From Polyangiaceae bacterium (GTDB lineage: Bacteria > Myxococcota_A > Polyangia > Polyangiales > Polyangiaceae), in the NCBI GenBank assembly GCA_016712345.1, contig JADJRH010000002.1, positions 72,466 to 136,465 of the forward strand: a stretch of DNA of 64,000 nucleotides. Direction: 5' to 3'. Made by a program: the position numbers and the translations under genes. The notes beneath the pieces are model-generated. The model saw only the letters and a list, made by a program, of their open reading frames with translations. It had not been told where the DNA came from and did not search any database. This document shows positions 57,871-64,000 of this stretch, one piece after another; position 1 is the first letter of the stretch, and every line of letters starts with the position of its first letter.

Positions 57871-58048
57871 CAACACGGAGGCACAGAGATCACGGAGTTC
57901 CACGGAGTTTTTTTGTATTTTAGGCTGCAATAGGCTCGCACGGCGTCGTGCATCACCTGTCTGGCTTGCGATTGTGGATGATGTGTACCCATAGCAGCCA
58001 AAGAAACAAAAAACTCCGTGTTCCTCCGTGTTCTCCGTGATTCCGTGG
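57871..58048. repeat. Inverted-repeat element built from heptad arrays: three CACGGAG repeats + T7 on one arm, and A6 + three CTCCGTG repeats on the other arm about 100 bp away
   Basis: caaCACGGAGgcacagagatCACGGAGttcCACGGAGttttttt ... caaaaaaCTCCGTGttcCTCCGTGttCTCCGTGattccgtgg. The arms are reverse complements of each other. Intergenic between guaD and the BNR-repeat gene. Confidence 0.7.
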
Positions 58049-58143
58049 TGAAGAGACGTCACAGGCATCCAAACGCGTTCAGTCGTTGCGTGGCGGCGTC
58101 GGTTGTAGTGGCCATTTGTCGGCCTCTGGACTATTCGAGCCGC

Positions 58144-59595
58144 ATGATGTTTCAGCTTTCGCCCGTGGGCAGGGCGCTTTTGGCTACTTCCCTCGTAGGA
58201 GCTTTTATCGGATGCGGGGCGCGCGGCGGTTTGCTCGAAGAGTATGGGCAGGCCGGTGTGGGCGGCGGAGGCGGGTCTGGCGGGAATGGTGGAAGCGGCG
58301 CAGGCCAAACAACGTCGGTCACAACCGGCGTGACCACCACATCCACCGGAACAACCACGCCGACGCCCGTCAATGCAACCGTCATATCAGAATCATTCGA
58401 CAGCATTTTTGAAGGCGAAACGTCGGTCGTTGCCACGTCTTTCGGCTTTGTTGCCGCCGCGTGGATTGCGGTGAGTCAACAGGGCGAGCCATTTATCGCT
58501 TATGCGTTTTCCACCGATGACGGTGCCAATTGGGCGCCGCCCGTTTCATTGCAGTCTCCCGATGGTCGTGTGGGGAGCGATCCGGTGCTTGCGGTGGACT
58601 CGGCCGGAAACATTTACCTCACATGGGTAGGTTTTTTTATCGGCTCAAACGGGCCTGAAGACATGGTTGTGTACACGTCCAGGGCCCCTGTCGGCGCAAC
58701 GTTTTTTGAAGACCCGGTGCCGGTGAGCCCGCCCAACACACCCAACGGTATTTTTCTTGATAAGCCGTGGATTACCACGACGGCCAAAAACTCGGTGGTT
58801 GTGTCGTATGCACGATTTGATACTACCGGCGCAAGCGACTTTGCGATTGTCACGGGTAGAAGCGACAACGGCGGCCAGAGTTATCAGCTTTCTGAAGTGG
58901 TAAAAGACGCTTCGTTTAACTCGTTTTTTAACCTGGCGTACGTGTGTTCTTCGCTCGAAACGGGACGAGTGTACACAACCTATTTAGACATTACCCAGTT
59001 TGGACAACAACTTGAAGTAAAGACAAAATTGGCATGGAGCGATGACGACGGTCAGACGTGGCCGCCCGGCAACAACGTAGAAGTGTCTGAAGGTGAGTTG
59101 GATGTGGCCTTTATGGATCCGGGCTGCACCGCCGTTGGAAACGAAGTGTGGGTCACCTACGGGCGCAGTCCTGATCCGTTGAGTGGTGAGTCGGAAGAAA
59201 GTCAAAAGCTCAATGCGATTATGGTGCGCCATTCGGCCAACGGCGGAGCCAACTTTGAGCCGGGCTTTAACGTGGCAGACCCAACTGTCGCCAAGTTTTT
59301 TATGCATCAAGACCTCAAGGCCGAGCCGACAACCGTGCTCGACATGGTCTATTACGCGGGCAATCAAAACGAAGACACCAACGGTACCTTCAGGCGGGTG
59401 CGCTTTAAAACGGGTGAAGTGCAGCCCTTGAGTGAAACGGTGTACTCACCAATTATCTTTACCCCCGATCGCGCGGTGCCTTATTGGCTCGGCGACTACG
59501 TTGGACTCTACGTGCGCGGCACGCGAATGTACACAACCTACGTGGTGAACGAAACCGAGCTTTCCCACGTGGCTTTCAGCGCGTTCAACTTGTAA
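58144..59595 (+). CDS. Secreted lipoprotein with BNR/Asp-box repeats (sialidase/glycosidase-like beta-propeller)
   Basis: MMFQLSPVGRALLATSLVGAFIGCG lipobox. Gly/Thr-rich linker. Asp-boxes STDDGANW, SDNGGQSY, SDDDGQTW, SANGGANF. Confidence 0.6.
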   Translation: MMFQLSPVGRALLATSLVGAFIGCGARGGLLEEYGQAGVGGGGGSGGNGGSGAGQTTSVTTGVTTTSTGTTTPTPVNATVISESFDSIFEGETSVVATSFGFVAAAWIAVSQQGEPFIAYAFSTDDGANWAPPVSLQSPDGRVGSDPVLAVDSAGNIYLTWVGFFIGSNGPEDMVVYTSRAPVGATFFEDPVPVSPPNTPNGIFLDKPWITTTAKNSVVVSYARFDTTGASDFAIVTGRSDNGGQSYQLSEVVKDASFNSFFNLAYVCSSLETGRVYTTYLDITQFGQQLEVKTKLAWSDDDGQTWPPGNNVEVSEGELDVAFMDPGCTAVGNEVWVTYGRSPDPLSGESEESQKLNAIMVRHSANGGANFEPGFNVADPTVAKFFMHQDLKAEPTTVLDMVYYAGNQNEDTNGTFRRVRFKTGEVQPLSETVYSPIIFTPDRAVPYWLGDYVGLYVRGTRMYTTYVVNETELSHVAFSAFNL

Positions 59596-59625
59596 CCCTG
59601 CCACGCTCCAAAGCGCCGGCCACGT

Positions 59626-61701
59626 TCACTCACACGTTGCGGTTTCGTCGGCTGAACCCTCTGGGACAACCGGTGTACCTTGGGCGAAGCTTTTCAGAAA
59701 ACACCTATACTGGTGTTTGGGCTGGGGCTGCTGAAAAGCGGCTTCATGCCCGTCTTCTATACCGTCTTCAGGGTGTTGAACAACCACGGCTGTGGAAGTA
59801 GAGCCGCCTTCACGAAGCACGTTTTTTGAAGCGGGAAATGGGATGACTTTGCGATTGGCAAGGTCAAGCACACTGCCCAAGGGCGCAAACGACGCGAGTT
59901 GTGGATTGGTTTTATCAAGCTCCGGGCCCGCCAAATCAAGCCCAAGCGAGAGAGCGGTGGAGTTGGCAATGGGCGGTAAGATGTAGTTGTCAACAACACC
60001 CTCGATCATGAGGATGTGGTGTTGACTGTCGGCTTCTGACAGAATCTGCCTACCATACGCTTGAATGTCCGCCGGTTCTGCAGCCCATTGGAGGAGAGTC
60101 ATGACAGGGTCAAGTTCTGTGAGTTCACGCGTGCCCTGATACTCCAAGATCAACTCGGCAAACCCTTTTGTCTCAATGGGCTTTTTCTTGTGGATGATAT
60201 TGGCAATATAGCTTGACCCGGCGCCGCTCAAAATCGCCGCTTTTAGCCGAGGTTCATACGCCAATGCGAGGGGCACAATCGACGCTCCCATGGAGTGTCC
60301 AAAGGCGGCCATGGTGTCCATGTCAAAGTGGGCAGGTTGACCGTTGGGAGTGGTAAGACCCGGACAACTGGATGCGTCGATTTCTACGTTTTCAAGAATG
60401 TGGGCCTGAAGGGCAATTTCAAGCGCCGATTGCCGAACGTTGTCGCGCAGGGCAAGGGGGTTGAATACGTTGAACATCAAAAACTGTTCGTCTTTGTTCT
60501 TGGGGTTGCGGAGGCCGCCGTGAGGGCCGTCAATGCTGCTGCCGGCAAATCCCACTTTGGCAAACTCCATGGCAGGTCCGGTGCCGGGTTCAATGGCCTC
60601 TCCGCCGTTTTCCGCGCGCACGCCGCGGTCTACAAGAGGGCGATTTCCACCCGCGCCTGTGCGGCTGAATACGACGATTGGAAAACCTTTTTCGGGCATG
60701 GGCGCGCGAGGAAGGGTGATAACGAAGTTGGCTTCTTCGTAGGCTTGAACGGCGGGATTGCCACTTTCATCCACTCCCCAACCGCCGCCGACGGTGTCAT
60801 AAGGAGGATCGCCGGCTTGGTAAGTAGGCATTTTAACGGTGGAGTGGAACACACAGAAATTATCGAATACTTCTTGTGCTTCAAACGGGGCGAGCGGCTC
60901 GGGGATAGGTTGAGAGAGGGCGTGAGCCACAAACTTACCCATTTGTTCAACGGGATTTCCCGTTCGAAATACGGCGAGGGCGGCCAAATCTGAAAGGGCA
61001 ACACCTTGACCTTGAACGGCGCCGATGGCTGTGCGGTAGTCTGTTGCAGCGGCATCTGTCATGCCGTTTGGCAGGGCTCCTTGCCAGATATCGCGCAAAA
61101 CGCTCGACTCACCGAGGGGCTTGCCGCTTTTATCTTTAACGGTGCGCCGAACGACGGCAGCGTAAAGTGTACCCGGTCGCAAAGGTACACCTTGATACGG
61201 GAGCAGCGAAAGCAGATTGGGGGCACCAAACGGACCGCCGTCAAGCTCAAACCCAACGGTGATGGGATATCGAACGCCGAAGTCAGGTGCTTTTGGATCG
61301 ACCCCAACGAGAAACACAGAGGCCTCGTTTTCAAGGCTTTTGCGCATGTCGCTCGGGAGCGACGCTGGGTCAATTTCGTCTGTGACGGTGAAATAAACAC
61401 CTGATGAAGTGCCAAATCCGTCGGCGTCGCGTTTGACGATCTCGCTGATTTGGTCAACGAGAGAAACACCGCCTTTGTTTGGAAACCCCTCAAAAACAAC
61501 TTTTCCGTCTGCGGTTCTGCGATGTTCACTCGGAAACGGTGACGCGTAGAAGTCAGCCGTGTTGGCCATGTCCATGCGAATGGTTGTGCCGGGATCAACC
61601 GCAATAGGGGTGCTTGAACAGCCGTCGCCGTCGGCGCCCATAAGGAGTACGGTGAGTGTACACAGACCGACGGGTCGCCAAAGGTTACGTAGCTTCGTCA
61701 T
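59626..61701 (-). CDS. Secreted lipoprotein, putative alpha/beta-hydrolase (esterase/lipase-like, GxSxG)
   Basis: MTKLRNLWRPVGLCTLTVLLMGADGDGCSS lipobox. AFGHSMGAS nucleophile-elbow motif. About 690 aa. Confidence 0.55.
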   Translation of the reverse strand: MTKLRNLWRPVGLCTLTVLLMGADGDGCSSTPIAVDPGTTIRMDMANTADFYASPFPSEHRRTADGKVVFEGFPNKGGVSLVDQISEIVKRDADGFGTSSGVYFTVTDEIDPASLPSDMRKSLENEASVFLVGVDPKAPDFGVRYPITVGFELDGGPFGAPNLLSLLPYQGVPLRPGTLYAAVVRRTVKDKSGKPLGESSVLRDIWQGALPNGMTDAAATDYRTAIGAVQGQGVALSDLAALAVFRTGNPVEQMGKFVAHALSQPIPEPLAPFEAQEVFDNFCVFHSTVKMPTYQAGDPPYDTVGGGWGVDESGNPAVQAYEEANFVITLPRAPMPEKGFPIVVFSRTGAGGNRPLVDRGVRAENGGEAIEPGTGPAMEFAKVGFAGSSIDGPHGGLRNPKNKDEQFLMFNVFNPLALRDNVRQSALEIALQAHILENVEIDASSCPGLTTPNGQPAHFDMDTMAAFGHSMGASIVPLALAYEPRLKAAILSGAGSSYIANIIHKKKPIETKGFAELILEYQGTRELTELDPVMTLLQWAAEPADIQAYGRQILSEADSQHHILMIEGVVDNYILPPIANSTALSLGLDLAGPELDKTNPQLASFAPLGSVLDLANRKVIPFPASKNVLREGGSTSTAVVVQHPEDGIEDGHEAAFQQPQPKHQYRCFLKSFAQGTPVVPEGSADETATCE

Positions 61702-62032
61702 TGCGCCTCACCTCCGCCGGCAAAACCTCGGCGCGGATATTTCTCTTACCAAGGTCGGGCGCGCGGCGCTACCACCGGGCAACGGGCCGCCGGTTGTTTC
61801 CCGGACCGGGAGACCTTCGGGCACCTGGGCTGGCATCAAGCTTTGATTGCGAAAAGCGTGGCCTGATATGAATGGTCTGCGGCGGGCGTGTTACTAATGC
61901 CGAGCGCTTTCTATGTTTTGGCCGTTTCTACATGGATTGCCGATCGCGGTATTCGGTTGAACAAAAAGCGGTTGGTACTTGATATTCTATCGGCGACCCA
62001 AACTCTCAAACGCGCTCCCCGGAGGAACGGTG

Positions 62033-64000
62033 ATGTTCTTGGCTAGCAAACGCGACGTTGAAACAAGAGGCAAACGCCGGTGGGTCATGTTGGCCTCCTT
62101 GCCGCTTGCGTTCGCGTTGGGCTCGTCGGGCTGTTGGGTGGCGGTGGTTGAAGGTGAAGGTGCCAGTTGCCATGTCACCTCCACAACCCCGAGTTTTGGT
62201 GAAACGAGCGTCAACATCAATACAGAGATCGTTATTGAATACGATCGGCCAATTGACTTCTCTACCGTTGACGCAACCGGCGCATTTTCGCTCTTGGGTG
62301 GTGAAACAGTCACCTATACTGTGTTTCCCGAGGGTGAAACAGGCGTCCGCGTGGTGCCTGACAAGGCGCTGAGATATTGGGGAGAATACGCGCTGTATTT
62401 TGCAGGCGTTACAGGCAAAGATGAAACCGAGTGTGAGCCGGCTGAACTGGCGTTTAAGACATTGGTGCCGGTGAGCGAGCCCGAGCCTCTGCGGCCCACG
62501 CAGGTAAATGACAGCGCTATTGTTGGAGATCGGTTGATCACTGTGTCGCCCACCGGGCGGCGAATGCAGGTGTACGACATTTCCAATGGTGAAGCGCCGG
62601 TTCTCAAAACAGAAGTGATGATGGACCCAACTCCGGTTCACATTCGAGTGGATAAAAACCGCGCTTATGTGGCGTCGGGGCCTTGGGGAACTGCCATTTA
62701 CGATGTGACAAATCCTGAAGTGCCGATTTTGCTGGGTGTGGCGGGCAGTCCGGGACAGGCCATTAAAACAACAACGTTTGAAAAAGATGGCAAAACCTAT
62801 TTGGTCATTGCCGACAACGTCATGGGCATGCGCATTGCCGACGTGACTGATCCTGCCGGTGTGGTGGATATTTGGTCGGGTGGTGGGCAGGCCGGCGTTC
62901 TCTCGGTGGCTTATGAAAATGGCGTGTTGGCGGCGGTAGACAGGCAGGGCGCTTTTCAGCTTTACGACGTTCAAAATCCGGCCGCTCCGGTGCTGCTTTC
63001 GGACAACAAGACAGTGGGTGTTCCCGATACGTTTGGAACGGCTATTCCAGCTTCAGATGTGGCCATCAGCGGCACCACGCTTGTGGTGAGTTTGGGGTAC
63101 GCCGGTTTTGAGTCGTTTAATATTTCCAACCCCCAAAGTCCGGTGTTCGTGAGTCACCTGCTTGGGCCGCAGGGTGTCTGTTCAGCGAACTGTGCCGACA
63201 ACCTGATTGATATGCAGGCCTTTAATGGGTCTATTTTTGCCGCGGCGGCGCTGTCCGGCGGTATGCGGGTGAACATTGGCGATGGAGGCCAGTTGATCGC
63301 CGGGGCCACGCTGAAAGCGGCGGGGCGTATCAACTCCATTGCGACAGATGGGAAAAACACATTTATCGGCGGAGATGCCGGGTTGACTGTGTACACAGTT
63401 TCGGCAACCACCGATACCTCGCCTTCGTATGTTGAAAAAAATGGGTGGGGAGCCGTTCAGGGTGCGGCTGTGAAAGACGGTTATTTGTATGCCACTTCGT
63501 CTTCGAGAGGGCTTGAAACGTACAGCGTGTCCAATCCGCTTGCGCCGCTCCCCCTGGCCCTGACAGACAGTCCCGGTGTGGAGCGTGACGTGGGGCTCGT
63601 GGGCGTGGCGGCCATTGGCAACCTGGTTGTTGTGGGTGACGGTCGAGCGGGATTGTCTATATTTTCGGCTGAAAATCCGGCTTCGCCCAGCCTGGTTGCC
63701 AATTTTCAAACAAGCGACGGATCCGGGGCTGTCATCCCAAGCGCCGACCCGAATCTTGTGTACCTTTGCGTGGGCAACAAGGGGCTTGGAACATACGATA
63801 TTTCGGTTCCTGAAGCGCCCAAGGAGATCTCACTCCTTGGGGATCTGAACATGCTCACGGGTGGTTGCTCCGATTTAGAGTTGATTGGAGATCGCCTTTA
63901 TTACTCGGGTGGAAAAGGGATCGCCGTGCTTAATGTCTCGGTACCTTCATCACCCATAATTGTGTCGTCTTACGACTTTCCCGGAAACGATATTGTCACG
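62033..64000 (+). CDS. LVIVD-repeat beta-propeller lipoprotein, 3'-truncated by the window end. It is absent from the ORF track because no stop is reached
   Basis: GGAGG RBS 7 nt before the ATG at 62033. MFLASKRDVETRGKRRWVMLASLPLAFALGSSGC lipobox. Eight or more repeats of the type L.V.D...G..I.DVSNP..P (AYVASGPWGTAIYDVTNPEVP, LAAVDRQGAFQLYDVQNPAAP, LYATSSSRGLETYSVSNPLAP ...). The frame is open to nt 64000. Confidence 0.6.
   Translation, partial: MFLASKRDVETRGKRRWVMLASLPLAFALGSSGCWVAVVEGEGASCHVTSTTPSFGETSVNINTEIVIEYDRPIDFSTVDATGAFSLLGGETVTYTVFPEGETGVRVVPDKALRYWGEYALYFAGVTGKDETECEPAELAFKTLVPVSEPEPLRPTQVNDSAIVGDRLITVSPTGRRMQVYDISNGEAPVLKTEVMMDPTPVHIRVDKNRAYVASGPWGTAIYDVTNPEVPILLGVAGSPGQAIKTTTFEKDGKTYLVIADNVMGMRIADVTDPAGVVDIWSGGGQAGVLSVAYENGVLAAVDRQGAFQLYDVQNPAAPVLLSDNKTVGVPDTFGTAIPASDVAISGTTLVVSLGYAGFESFNISNPQSPVFVSHLLGPQGVCSANCADNLIDMQAFNGSIFAAAALSGGMRVNIGDGGQLIAGATLKAAGRINSIATDGKNTFIGGDAGLTVYTVSATTDTSPSYVEKNGWGAVQGAAVKDGYLYATSSSRGLETYSVSNPLAPLPLALTDSPGVERDVGLVGVAAIGNLVVVGDGRAGLSIFSAENPASPSLVANFQTSDGSGAVIPSADPNLVYLCVGNKGLGTYDISVPEAPKEISLLGDLNMLTGGCSDLELIGDRLYYSGGKGIAVLNVSVPSSPIIVSSYDFPGNDIVT

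Noticed and set aside
62006-62974. ORF 62006..62974(-) of 322 aa and the other minus-strand ORFs at 63154-63709
   Set aside because: They are antisense to a much better plus-strand frame. That frame starts at 62033 with a GGAGG RBS and a lipobox, runs open to the window end, and encodes recognisable LVIVD repeats. The track omits it only because it has no stop within the window.
1-64000. tRNA, rRNA, CRISPR arrays, integrase, transposase or phage genes
   Set aside because: I scanned intergenic regions for cloverleaf-sized conserved segments and regular repeat-spacer arrays and found none. I found no ORF with integrase, transposase or phage structural motifs. The only mobile-element traces are the non-autonomous MITE copies.

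Overview
This is a high-GC bacterial chromosomal segment (about 63-67% GC by eye), and its gene content points strongly to a myxobacterium or close relative (Myxococcota). Supporting signs include three eukaryotic-like Ser/Thr protein kinases, two of them with long TPR tails. There is also a Myxococcus-type cysteine-rich repeat lipoprotein, a PEGA-domain protein, a MopE-like DGxGxxDCDD metal-binding motif, many lipoproteins and a Planctomycete-like DUF1501/CxxCH pair. I call about 50 CDS. Housekeeping genes include prmA-rsmE, aroA-cmk, guaD, a CUT2-type ABC transporter with duplicated ATPase and two permeases, an NCS1 permease, an LpxL-family acyltransferase and an MscS channel with a cNMP-binding domain. 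Regulatory genes include a PhoB/PhoR-like two-component pair, a hybrid PAS histidine kinase and an ECF sigma with a zinc anti-sigma factor and a beta-helix membrane protein. I found no rRNA, tRNA or CRISPR array by eye. The non-genic structure is the most interesting part. The palindromic octamer GTGTACAC occurs 23 times against an expectation below 1, in all frames and in intergenic DNA, like a HIP1-type highly iterated palindrome. Two inverted copies of a small TA-flanked MITE with 17-bp terminal inverted repeats bracket a 5.4-kb block of secreted-protein genes, and each copy supplies the stop codon of the adjacent gene. A second repeat family built from CACGGAG/CTCCGTG heptad arrays occurs twice in intergenic DNA. 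A long hairpin followed by a U-run sits in the aroA leader. A six-gene minus-strand operon couples a radical-SAM-like protein (unusual CX8CX2C) with a CDP-alcohol phosphatidyltransferase, a zincin, a giant coiled-coil membrane protein and a methyltransferase. All coordinates and family calls come from reading the supplied ORF translations and the DNA; no database searches were run.
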